NCBI RefSeq assembly: GCF_964355755.1
Contig: NC_092674.1
Span: forward strand, 30,132,001-30,196,000
DNA: 64,000 bases
Reading direction: 5' to 3'
Origin: Antedon mediterranea
Lineage: Eukaryota; Animalia; Echinodermata
Position numbers and translations under genes: made by a program. The notes under the pieces were generated by a model. It saw nothing but the letters and a program-made list of their open reading frames with translations. It was not told the DNA's origin and did no database searches. This document shows, piece by piece, positions 1-11,873 of this stretch. Numbering within the stretch: position 1 is the first letter of the stretch; each line of letters opens with the position of its first letter.

Positions 1-3000
1 ATGACTTTCATTTAGGAAAGACTAAAACAAGCCACAAAAAAAAGAAAGAATCATGTGAGACTCTTGCACACATACTAAAATCTGAGCCGTAACAGATACT
101 TAAAAGGTACCAATTACTCCGAATATCATGTTTAAGTTAAATCCACATAGAGAAATAAAAATTTGAGTTGCTTCAATCTAACCAGGTCATTGTCATGGGA
201 AGTCTATTACTAAATTCTAGATTAAACCATTTAAAATACAGCAATTAAAATCTATATTTAAACATAAGAGATGACGCTTTCTTAATTTTGTTTATTAGCA
301 TTTAAGCATTCATTTGTATAGACAATATGTCTGGATATCAAAATAGTAGCTTTTTAACTTGTTTGACTTGGTGCAGGCTGGGGAATGCGAAGGAAGTAAG
401 TCTATACTTAAACAAAGCATTTCTATAGATAGGGCCTACAAATAGTCATCTAAGTCAATAAATAATATATTCATTTTTATTGGACTAGTTGTCAATATAT
501 GAAGTTTTTGTATTTTATATATTGGAGACAGTTCTTGACGACACATTTTTGCAATGTAGTAAAACAATAATATTTGTCAATAGGAGATTACCAAATCTTG
601 GACACGCGTGGGAAAACTTTGAGAAGGATTTGACATCGTGCGGCAAGTGTGAGCGGAAAGATGTCATTCACAAACAAACGGCCTCACATGACCTGAAAAA
701 ACCTTGATTATTGGTCGCCGCTTCGGTTTACACTCCATACAAAAAACTCTCATTCATAATTTTGAAGGAAATGCCATCTCTACTCTACACACACTTAATG
801 CATTCTACATGTGTATACAGCAAGTCTAAAGATGTTCTTACAGATAAGATAGTAAGTAGTAGATACTATGCGACAACATTTACGATTTCAATACCTGATC
901 TTTCGCATGATCATCCCTTGTCCTTAGTAAGCTCATCATTTTCTTAATAGAACCTTTATCGTCAGTGACCTTATAAAAATGATACAATATGAACCCAAAC
1001 AAAATCGTCTTTTGGAATATTAACATTTAATTGCTTTGTCAATATAAACTTTTAACACTTTCTCAACATCATCAGTTTTTCTAATTACTTTACAAAACAC
1101 ATATATAAAAGGTAATTAATTTTAAAATCCTATTTCTAGTGTCAGAATGCATGGTGAAGTTGGCAACAACTACATACTAGTAAGTTTTTCAAATCTTTTG
1201 TAAAATTTTTAAAACTTTATTTGTTTGTGTTTTCATTATAAACGCCAGTGAACCATATGCAGGATTTTCTTCTTTTTTGTTTGTTTTAGCATAATTAAAT
1301 AATTAAGTGTGAGAAACACTATTGTTAAATTAACCTAAAATGTAACACAAATACATATGTGTTTATTCAATCACCTTCATCAACAAATGCAAAGGAACTA
1401 CAAATCAGACCTTGAATTCAATTAAGCAAAACCAAAGATGTAACTTAAATAGGGTGTTTGGTTTACTTTACTGTACTCAACAGGTGTATAGCTCAAATCC
1501 TGGTTACTAAATCAATTGTTGACCTTCTTAGTCTCAATCTTCCTCGTTATTTTTAAACAAAGGCAAAAACAATAAAGATTATCCTTCATTGTATTTATTC
1601 AATACTTTGATCAATAATACTAATTATGTAATATTAGAATTTTTTTAAATGTCAATATTAATCAATCATATTTATTATTATCTTTTTTTTAGCTGTAAAA
1701 ATGACATTATTATTATACAGTAATTCAGTATCATTAGATTTATATTTTTAATTTTTTAAATGTCATAAACAAATATGTCATAACTTGTTTATATGACATT
1801 TAAACAAGTTATGTATTTTCTTTAGGAACAATTGTTGAAGGTTACAGGAAGGGGCCAACATCTGACCTTTGTTATCAATTGAAGTTCAAACATTGAATTG
1901 TTCACCCACAGGTAAACACGTCACAAATTGAATCTAATTACATTTAAATTTTCCAACAAGAGTTTAACATGTGGTATGTATAAGTACATATCTTAAAGCA
2001 TGTAACCTAACATCAATTTAATAAAATTGGTATCATTAAAACAACATAAGAGCCTTTGGCTGCATTTTGTCACACTTTGTTCTCAACCTTTGCACTATAA
2101 CTTTCATTGACATCTTTTTACTAAATAGATTTAATGATTTAAAATTTAAGTATTAAAGTAAACCTTGTTTACACATTATATTAAACTTGCAAACAAACTT
2201 ACCTTGAATTTGATTTGTTTAAAGTATAAAATTTAAAAGAATAAATAAAATTATTTTTTCAGTCTTGAAGAAATGTTTGCTTATTCTTCATATAATGAAA
2301 GTTGGTCTTAATAGTCTTAATTTAGGAATGGTATTGAACAATTTTCATAATCAATGGGTATCAGTTCATCCCCAATTCTAGAAACTAATATGTCTGGTTT
2401 TCCAGAAATTCTGCTATCCAGATGTGTTTTTAATGATAAAAATAATTTGGGACCTTTTAGACCTCAAGTAAAGCTACTTTCAAAGAGAGTTTCGAGTTCG
2501 AGAACTGTTTTAAACTGGAAATATTCTTTTACGGGTTTTTTTTTATTCTGTTCTGTTGTCCTTATTTATTTTCAGAAGCATAACTTAATGTACCCAAGCA
2601 AAGCAATATGATAATAACTTTTTTTTTCAGTTATTCAGAATTAGTATTACAATAAAATCAAGGTTATACAGTACTTCTATGAATCAACTAGTTTATATAT
2701 ATTTATGACACATTTATAGGGACATTTTTACTATTTTGTTTACACATAGATAACACATTCACTACTAATATTAAAAATAAGTTTTATTTTAAACAAATCA
2801 TTTTACACAGAATATCCCAGAGGGCTAAAAGTTCTTCAAATGTCACAAAGTATAAACACACTGAATAATAACATCCACACAACTTATTAAAAGCTTGTCA
2901 AATTAATCTGCTAATATACATTGATTTATGCAACAAAATCTAGGCCTACATATTTATGACATGTTTATTACTTTTAAAATATAAATCTAAAGGCAAAATA

Positions 3001-3364
3001 CTTTTAAAATATATAATTATAAATATAAGTATAATATTATACTTTGTTCGAAGTAGAATTTATAGTGGTTAACAATAATATGTGTCAAATATTCATAGTG
3101 TTTAATTAAAGTTAATTTACAGGATTTAAGAAAGAATAAGATGTAGGCTCAGATAAATCTGCATAACACTTAAAATGCATAAATGACCCGCCTCTATCCA
3201 GGGCAATGTAGTGCTTTACTAGCGTATGAGCAGTAGAAGTTTCAGTTCTAGTAAAACATGGCAAAAATAACGGCTAAAAATCCGAGTGTATAAAATGTAA
3301 ATCCTTGTTTTTTTAATGAGATGTTAGTTCCTTGATGAACCTATGGAGAAAAACTAATACTTAC

Positions 3365-3428
3365 AAGTATAATTCCATAAGGTCATCAGAGATAAAATCA
3401 GTGAAAACAATGTCTTCATCTTTCCCAT
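3365..3428 (-). CDS. Putative first coding exon (signal peptide only) of a secreted or type I membrane protein; the gene probably continues off the left edge
   Basis: Minus strand ATG at 3428 gives MGKMKTLFSLILSLMTLWNYT plus 1 nt (64 nt, phase 1), then a consensus GTAAGT donor at 3364-3359. Basic N-terminus plus hydrophobic core fits a signal peptide. Promoter-like motifs lie about 550 bp upstream. No in-frame second exon found in the window. Confidence 0.5.
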
Positions 3429-3959
3429 CTTTGAAAATTTGGCAGACTAGAAGAAGTTGATTCTCAGACCCACATGAAAGTCTTCACAAAAATAACCGTA
3501 AATAAATCCTTTTCATGTAAATATTCCTTCGAAAAGTCCAATTTAACATTACAAACTTGATGTTAAAATCCCAGAAACTAACAACAGCATTAAGTTAGGT
3601 AAATCATCAAAAATTGTTTTGAGAGTCTCCCCACAACACTTAACTCCCGCACCATACAGTTGTCTGCTGAAGTACGTTCTTTGCCAAACTCGCTGCGCGC
3701 TCTGGAGTTAATAACCGGAAATTCTTTCAATTGCCAGTTACCCCTCCGCAGACACGACGCTAAACTAATGTCTATAGATCGGTTTATTCCATTGAAAAAG
3801 AAATTGTATTCCACAACTTGCCAGATACTTATTAGAACAACTTAGTTTTTATCTGCAGAATAAAACACATTAATATTAGAACTAACTACTTCCTTATTTT
3901 GTTTCGTTTTAAACATAAACTTCTTTCATAAACTACAGGAGTAAGATCAACAACAGACA

Positions 3960-4030
3960 TTGAAGGCGGAGCCTAAAGTTTCCGATACATGACGTTACAT
4001 ATTGTAAAAGGCACTCGCGAGGCCTGGGAT
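3960..4030 (-). promoter_or_regulatory. Candidate promoter of the minus-strand gene
   Basis: Local CpG enrichment with GGCGGAG (GC-box-like), TGACGTTA (CRE-like) and palindromic CTCGCGAG (4014-4021, core of the TCTCGCGAGA promoter motif). Confidence 0.35.
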
Positions 4031-6859
4031 GACGGTCCATATGTATTGTTATTTACATATTCTTTTATGGCTACAATCTTAATCCGATTTTTAATAAAGT
4101 ATTTTTATTAAAATTGTAAAAACACTTGGAAACTGTGAACAGCTATTGCCGAATAATCATAATATTATTTTACTAAGTGTAAGACTAAGCTATGGTGACT
4201 GAACAAGCATGCCAGTCCGTCTATGATTTCAAAACGGGCGTATACGATCGGATATGTCAGTCCTTGACAATTATAATTATTCTGTAGTAATTATCAATAT
4301 TGCAAAGAAGTATTTGAAATGAGGGCGGTTTTTTTTAAAGAAACTAAATAAATTGGTAAAAGGCCTAACTTTTACCACCGTCTTTATTTCTAAAACAAGA
4401 AAAATCAATCTTTAACTCCAGCAGCAAATTTCAGCGTCATAAAATCCTATTTTTAGACAGCCCCACTTCCTAATTTGGTGATGCGGCATATAATTGATCG
4501 GAAATTATAATGCAAAAATACAGCAAACATCCTTATTTTGTATCATAAGAGTATTGTTCTATTGAGGCCTATAATTGGTAAAGAATAACCTATTGGAACT
4601 AATAATCGAATAGATAACTATACAATATTGTGCCGGATGAAAAGGAAAACTATTAATTATCAAATAATTTTTTTCTCAAAAATAAACTTAAACGTAACCA
4701 AACTCTTGATTTCTGCCAAGGGGAATTTATTCCACTCGCATTGTTGTTGCGTTGATGTCTTTAAAGAACAAGTTTAAAAAAGTTGATGATAAACTCCATT
4801 TTATTATAAAAAAAATGTCGCGAAATTCGAAAAGTTACACATTTTAAAAATGATAATATTAGGCCTAGTGGTGAGTAACGATGGAACCTTTCCAATTTGT
4901 TTTCCAATTCTAAGGATTTTAATGTCAAACATGATTATCCAATTTTTGAAAACAAAAGCGACACAATGAAGCAGAATTTATTTATGTTTCTATAACGTAT
5001 AGCATATCTATTGTTTAGCAGTTCATATTCAAGGTCCTACCCCTGTTTTTGAACCCTGGGAAAATGTCTTTGTTGAGTGCCTTTGGGAATCGATAATAAA
5101 CAGAGAGGATCAGGAGAAATAGGTCGGCTTATCTGTTAAGCTATACTTTACCTTATGAATCACAATTTCGAATCATTTTGAATAAAAATCAAGATTAAAA
5201 CAATAAAGATAATGACGTATTAGTATTTCCTGTACATGTTACAGTGCAACAATCATTTGGTCAATATTTGCTTTCTGAAAATAATTTTATTTTATGACTT
5301 CAAGGGGTAGGCATCCGAATATGCAATGGCCTTGTGCCCAATCATCATCCACACTTTTATTTTTACCCGTACGTGAAATCACTATTGAATGAAATCTAGC
5401 CCAATAATTACAGTTTAAATTTTCCCTTGAGTATAATTTCCGTAATAAAATCTTCGTGTTGGTATGGGTTAGTGCCAAGAGCCGAAAGTGTGATTTTCAC
5501 CTTATCTGCGACACGCTTTTTGCGTGTGCAGATATTTTTGATGGGGTTCATGGCACGTGTTTGTTAGTGTACACATCAATCACTATTGAGAGAACATTGT
5601 AATTGCTGATGTGATGAGGGTGGTAGGTGCACAATAAACAGGGACACTACAATAACATGATTGCGTTTTGTGCAGGAATACAGGTTATATACTTAAGTAT
5701 TGAAATGGAAAGTTAAGTTCAAACCGTAATTGGCCGACCAATCAGAACCCTACATAGGTCCGGTCTAATCATACCGTAGTGAGAGATAAGAGACCTTAAG
5801 GTCACGATTATTATTGTTTTTCTTTGGTCAAAAATTGGTTCCACGTTTATATCTCAACCACACTTTGCCATGGCAACCATAGACACGCGACTTTAAACTG
5901 AAAAAGTCACAGGTCAATTTGTTATAAGATATTCGAGCCAAGTCGTCAATCTTATTTATAAGTAAAACACACGCGTCTCTCTGACAGGAGTAGTCTAATT
6001 TTTTCAGATATTACGTCAAACGTTGTCATGCGTAGAACGCATTTACATGCACGTTCATAACAATTAGTTGTTTTTATAAAAATAGCATTTTTCGATTGAA
6101 CCCAATTTTAAAAATAACATAATTCTATACTTTTCCGTAAGACAAAAAAACACAATCATGCTAGGTATTATGCTGTTGGGTCTCAATACGATCGATGAGG
6201 ATGAAGTTCACCCAGAATCTATCACAGAAATGATGGTCCTTCCCTAAGTACACATGTTTAAACATATTTATGATATTTATAAATTAATCAAGCATATTGA
6301 ACTAGACTAGTGCCATCACATATACCTACCGATTTGAAGGCAAAAATAAATTTTTTTTTTTAAAGGGTAACTTTTTAAGATCTTTGGTAAAAGCTATTAA
6401 TTTAATATAATGTAGCATAAATAAACATATTTTTTTCCTGGTTACTAATCATCACATCATAATAATTAATCATCATAGTGGTGTTTTCTGCAACTAATCT
6501 ATCTATCCAGAAAGAGTGAAATTTGATCTATCTATTTACTGTATTCCGTAAACAAAGTATAAAAGCCTACAAAGGCATAGTAGGCCTAATAACATTAAAA
6601 CATAAAGATAATACGATTGTTTGCAAACTCTTTGTCAAGAAACGTTTTCCAAAGTTTTACCAACTTTGTAGAAAAGACATTTGCGGAAAAAAGAAAACTT
6701 CGATTTTGCGAAAAAAAAAAAAAAAATTCGATACATTTTGCTCTGCTTAGAAAAAGTTTCTTGATAACTCGGATTTTGCAACAAAACGTTAAAAATCTGT
6801 TCATTACTGCAGCCGAGTGGCAGTCTGTTATTTAATTACAAGAAGTTGGACGAGCCTAA

Positions 6860-6912
6860 ATTTTTTGCACATGCGCATACTTCTTTTGCAAATTAGAGAA
6901 AGAAACGTAACT
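6860..6912 (+). promoter_or_regulatory. POMP proximal promoter / 5' UTR
   Basis: TGCACATGCGCA at 6866-6877, one mismatch from the NRF1 consensus TGCGCATGCGCA, just upstream of the ATG-only exon. Confidence 0.45.
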
Positions 6913-6915
6913 ATG
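6913..6915 (+). CDS. POMP: POMP coding exon 1 (ATG only)
   Basis: ctATG|GTAAGT; phase 0 joins exon 2 in frame. Supplies the Met missing from exon 2 and brings the CDS to 426 nt (141 aa). Confidence 0.8.
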
Positions 6916-8151
6916 GTAAGTATCGGGAGCTATATTCCTTATTTTATTCTAAAAACAGTATGAATAATTATGATTACAATCATATTTAATTCATTTGTAA
7001 ATAAACGAACAGTTGGTTGTATAAAAATGTATTTTTAACGTTTTAAATCTCTAAATTAACATAAATCTGAATGAAATTTGCAAATCATGGAGGCTGCCAT
7101 CTTGGATTGACTTACATTACAAAGAAGTGTGAAATGTAAACTGTTTTACAGTTGTATGAAACAAATGATTAATCTCAACAAATAACTACAAATAAACTTT
7201 GATCGGTCTAGTCTTTGTTGATTAGAAGGTCTTTCTTATTAGGCTAGGGCCTAGGCCTAGCCCACCCATGCCATATCAACATCAATCAACATGTTTCATT
7301 CAATTCAAACGCTTCCTCATTCGGTGCGACGGCGCTAAGTTGCGACAGTAGGTAGGCCTAGCCAAAATAAAATTGCCTTTCGTTTCATAACCAATTATTA
7401 ATTAATTAACCATATGGATCGATCCAACCATGTGAATAAATTTTCAATAGCAATTTAGGCCTGGGTGAATTGTGAATTTTACAATGTTTTGACCATAACA
7501 TACATTCATATTCTTTAACTCCATGGTTTTTTGAAACTTTTTTTCCAGGTCCAGTACAGTAGTTGTATTTTAAAATATTATCTGATTTGTCAATGACAAT
7601 GTTAATTAAAAACTTTGTTTAAAACTAAAGTGAATGCTTCCTTGATATTGAATGGGTCATTGTGACAATGACCGCTAATTAACATTCTATTTTTGACAAT
7701 CCACATTCATTGAGCACAAATATTCAAACCCTGACCCAAATATACACAATGATCTTTTGATTATAATAATGTGATTCATAACTGATCCATCTACCTTACT
7801 TTATATCTTAATTTGAATAATAAATTCAAACATTTCCTAGTAAAAATCTAATGGCCTTCATTAAAAAAAAAGGATAATTTTTTTTAAACCTTTTCCTTTA
7901 ATAATTAATTTGCTATATACACTACAGTAAAAAAGGGACGCCATTGAGACCCAACTAAATGTCCTAATAGATTTGTCCTATGAACAAGAGTTCGCTGTAG
8001 TATTACTGTATATAAAAATATTGTTAAATCCAAAGGCAAATTACTGAAAAAATGACAATGCTGTGGGTATCAGTGGCTGGATCTCAATGGAGATACAAAA
8101 TAAAAGCGAAAAGCTAAATCAAAACGAGAAGTAAAACAGCCAGAAAAGTTA

Positions 8152-8188
8152 GCAGAGCTTTCGGGCAACACTAGCCCTTCATCAGTGC
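8152..8188 (-). ncRNA. Minimal type I hammerhead ribozyme motif (Penelope-like retroelement type), antisense in POMP intron 1
   Basis: Minus strand GCA-CTGATGA-A-GGGC(tagtgtt)GCCC-GAAA-GC-TC-TGC: both catalytic boxes, 4-bp stem II, palindromic AGCT stem III, CUC cleavage triplet and GCA/TGC stem I. Confidence 0.7.
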
Positions 8189-9161
8189 AAGTGAAGGAAT
8201 TTGGATAACGTCAATATTGTTATATATAAATATATTGTTCGTTTCAACATAAAAGTGTCTTTAAATTTTTACTCATATAATAAGTTGTATTTTCAGATTT
8301 TCTTGGTTTATTACTTTAGACAATTCAATATTTGGTTACTTTGATCCGCTTTTTATGAGACAACTTTTCTTAGTGGTGTGCAATTATTTTATACTCATGT
8401 TTTCTTGCCAAACTAAGATCATTTTTATCAAAGAATTGTTACCAAAACAGAATCGTAAATTCTACGTGATTCTGTTGAACCAGCACTGAAATACTCCCCA
8501 GTGAACTTCTTGCAGTCCCTCTGAAATCCTGCATAATCATACCAATGCATCTGTACTTGATTATTACTAGATTTAGTGCTCACTATCAATAATCTAATTA
8601 AATAAAACTTAGGCAGAAAGTTTACAATGCGTATATGTAGATACATTGTAAATCTTGCATCTTGTAAGCACCTGTTTTGTATTTTCCCATGTCTTCCCAG
8701 GTCCTAACCCTTTGTTTAATGAATGCTACTGGGGACCTGTCTATTCCCCCTGCTACCATTGCCCATGGTGTTCATGTCACATTATGTGGACAATTTGTGA
8801 CGATAAATGAACGATGTCATTAGTTATTATAACAGTTTATTTATTATATATGATTGGCTTAAAGCCAAGAGATATCTCTGATGAACCTCTCATCACAACA
8901 AACCGCTTGATTCAGATGTAAAAAGTAGAACATCCACAAAAATTATTTTTAAAAGTATTTTTATTTACTAAAAACTATTAATATCAGTAATTAAACCCTG
9001 CAGTTTCACTCAGGCCAGTATGCTTGGTTGTTTCTCTAGTCTTTCTGTAGTACAAGTACCGTAGACTAAAATGTACTGGTTGCTGGAACTTAATGAAAAA
9101 CAATGCTATACAGTAGATACCATTTTTTATAATTGCATTATAATATATATCTATATTTCAG

Positions 9162-9259
9162 AATTTCGGTTACCCATCACTTCGTCCAACACATGAGGGA
9201 GGTGTTGAAATACAACATGAAAAGTCAAATTATGGTGTTCCAGATGTCATGACTTATGG
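9162..9259 (+). CDS. POMP: POMP coding exon 2
   Basis: tttcag| NFGYPSLRPTHEGGVEIQHEKSNYGVPDVMTYG |gtaggt; 98 nt, phase 2, matches phase of exon 3. Confidence 0.88.
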
Positions 9260-10554
9260 GTAGGTCAGAGTTGATTAAGTTTTAAGGCATGAAAATAAAT
9301 ATATAGATATTTAAAATTTAGTATAAATCAAATTTCAAAAAATTATAAAAGTATGATTATTAAAAATACTGAATATTTCTACTTTTTATCAATCTTTCCT
9401 AAAAAAAATATTCAATTTAAGAAAGTGAAGGTTCAATTTGAAATAATGTAGTAGGTAAGTACTGTAAGTTGAATTGTGGTTTGTCACAGTGACAGTACAA
9501 ATGCAGTAATCCTATCTGGTATTAAACAATTGAAAGGTGACAACAAATAATCCCCAGTACCATCCTCTCCCCGCCCCTTCTTCTTAATCATCCACCAGAT
9601 TATGCTAATAACATTACGCTGTTTTTTCCTTTCTATCCTCACCTGTTTTATAAATTGTTTTTTAAACTTCTACTTGTGAAGAATGAGTGAGAGTATAAAA
9701 AATGAAACTCTTTGTCTGACAAAAAGTTGTCTTTGAATGTTTTAATTTATTGTATACTGAAATACCGAAGACAAAACATTGAGAAAGTGATAGATAGGTA
9801 GATACATCACCATAGCAACAACAGGTGGTTAAAACCACCGATTTCACAGGGTATAAAAGAATTTATGTGCTTTTAAAACAGCTGGAGAAGTCAAAATGTC
9901 ATGTTAGTATCGGACGGGGGTCGAGGGGGTCGTGTCCGGGTGTACGCATCTCATTCTTACCTCACGTTCATGACGTTTTTATCAAACGTGATGCACATTG
10001 TTAATGTAAACATATATTTGGTAAATGCTCATTGAGGAGATGTATAGCTTTTGTGCAACCTGTGAGTAGCACGTGTTGTTATAAAAACAAGTGTCTTTGT
10101 GTCTCATTTTTATTGAACTATTTATAACAAGATGAACCAGTTATGTTTAGATATGTGATTACCAACTAGTGGAATCCTATTATTATAATATAGTAAAGGA
10201 AGTCACTAAAATATACGTTATTGTAATTAAAATTGCATTTAACTTTATTTACGTCAATGTTTGTATTGTAGAAGTATTTTAATGCCGATTTACTTTTGAG
10301 AGTAATCTCGTTATTTTATATTTATGGTCTTTTTTAAGGATACTGTATAGAGAATGGAAATATTATGGCTGTAAATTAATATCTGTTGACAAGTTGTGTC
10401 ATATTGATGGAGAAGATTGATGTTATCATATGAGTATTTTTTAAATTTGAACAAACATTAAATTTATTATCAAAACTTGATTTATTATTAGAATTCTATC
10501 ATCGTGTGCTAGTTAAAAATTAGAAAAAGTTTATAGCCGCCATGCTCATTTAAC

Positions 10555-10910
10555 AATGCAAGATTGATTGATTGATTGGTTTTATTCGATATTCATATAA
10601 GTTAAAATATACAATGTATAAAAGAGAATACCTGGATAACCCATTAAGTCGACAAAAAAGTAAACTTATTTCCAATGGGGTCCAATCCGTAATGACTGAA
10701 AAGTGAGTGGTTGGGCCTAGTACAATTATCATTAAGTATGACTCAGTAAAAATGAAAAAACAAGAAAATACATACAAGACAAGATATATAACATCAAAAA
10801 AACAATAATAAAAATAACTTAATTAAACTGAAATTCCAAGCTGTTCATTATTAAAATATTCTTTAAGTTTTATTTTGAAGGTTGCATTATTTTGTATTGA
10901 TTTGAGTGAA
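10555..10910 (-). mobile_element. 3' end fragment of an L2/CR1-group LINE
   Basis: Minus translation SLKSIQNNATFKIKLKEYF (typical ORF2 C-terminus), then AATAAA and an (AATC)n tail. Confidence 0.45.
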
Positions 10911-10990
10911 CAGCAAGGTTTGCTGTGTTAGGCTAATCAAAATCATATGGTTAATTAAAAAAAATACTGGGGTAATAATGTGAAGACTTA

Positions 10991-11110
10991 AACCTTGTCT
11001 GCACTGTCAAACTTTATGCGACAAAAAAATGTGATGTGCCCCATACATGGACATGATGATGTCATATTTAAGCATAACACTGCCACTATTTTGATAGTGT
11101 AGACAGAGCT
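10991..11110. mobile_element. Harbinger-like MITE family A, copy 1
   Basis: TIR consensus AGCTCTGTCTACACTATCAAACT (left arm degenerate here), internal GTGATGTGCCC, TTA flanks. Confidence 0.75.
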
Positions 11111-11626
11111 TTAGTTAGAGGCTTTACTTTGTGCATTATGCTCTGTATACCTTTTTTTTATATAGAAGAAATAAAGATTTGATGTATTTGGCCAAACAAT
11201 TGTCATGAATTGGGCTAATTAGGTAGCTGCACTATCACATTGTTCTTCAGGAATCCCCCTACAGTACCTACAGGCTTGCAAATATCTTTTTCAGGCTTTT
11301 TTTCTTCATTCCCTTGCTACTGAAAAATACGAGTACTGCACAGTTTCATGATGTTATAAACTTGACAATAGGCGAAAAAAGCAACCTAAAATATTGAATG
11401 AATATATTGAACATATTATTAAATAAGGCATTGTTAATATATTGGGTTGGGCTTTACTGCTGTTCCTTGGGGACATCCCGAGGCCACAGGTCCTACAGCA
11501 ACAATGTAGCAACCCTAGCATGAGCAGGTCAAGAGGAAATTGAAATGGACAGCAAATCCAACTGTTTACTACGACACTCCCTAGAGTCTATATCCATGCG
11601 TCTGCCAGGTTAAGCCTAGTGAAATG

Positions 11627-11873
11627 TTACAATTTCATGTTAACTATCTTGAAGCCCAGAACAGCCTCCCTCTGCAGCCATGTTGTAGGGCAGACCTAGT
11701 AGGCAAATACAAATGCAGGCTTTAGTCAGATGAATACATAATAATAACTTTTACAATTTCATATTAACGGTGGATCTTGAAGCCCAGAACAGCTTCCCTC
11801 TGCAGCCATGCTGTATGGAAGACCGAGGCTAATAAAAATGCAGGCTTTAGTCAAGTGAATGCATATAATAATA
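11627..11873. repeat. Imperfect tandem duplication, about 124 bp x2
   Basis: TTACAATTTCAT...ATCTTGAAGCCCAGAACAGC.TCCCTCTGCAGCCATG...AATGCAGGCTTTAGTCA occurs at 11627 and again at 11751. Confidence 0.85.

Noticed and set aside
880-969. Minus-strand exon-like VTDDKGSIKKMMSLLRTRDDHAKDQVLKS*, also containing a C-box-like ATGATGA
   Set aside because: Phase is incompatible with the 3365 donor (immediate stop), no family recognised, and no D box or terminal stem for a snoRNA.
2317-2565. Minus-strand frame of about 82 codons with one in-frame TGA (…ESSFT*GLKGPK…), considered as a selenoprotein exon
   Set aside because: No recognisable selenoprotein motif, no SECIS seen and no good splice acceptor; probably chance or decayed TE.
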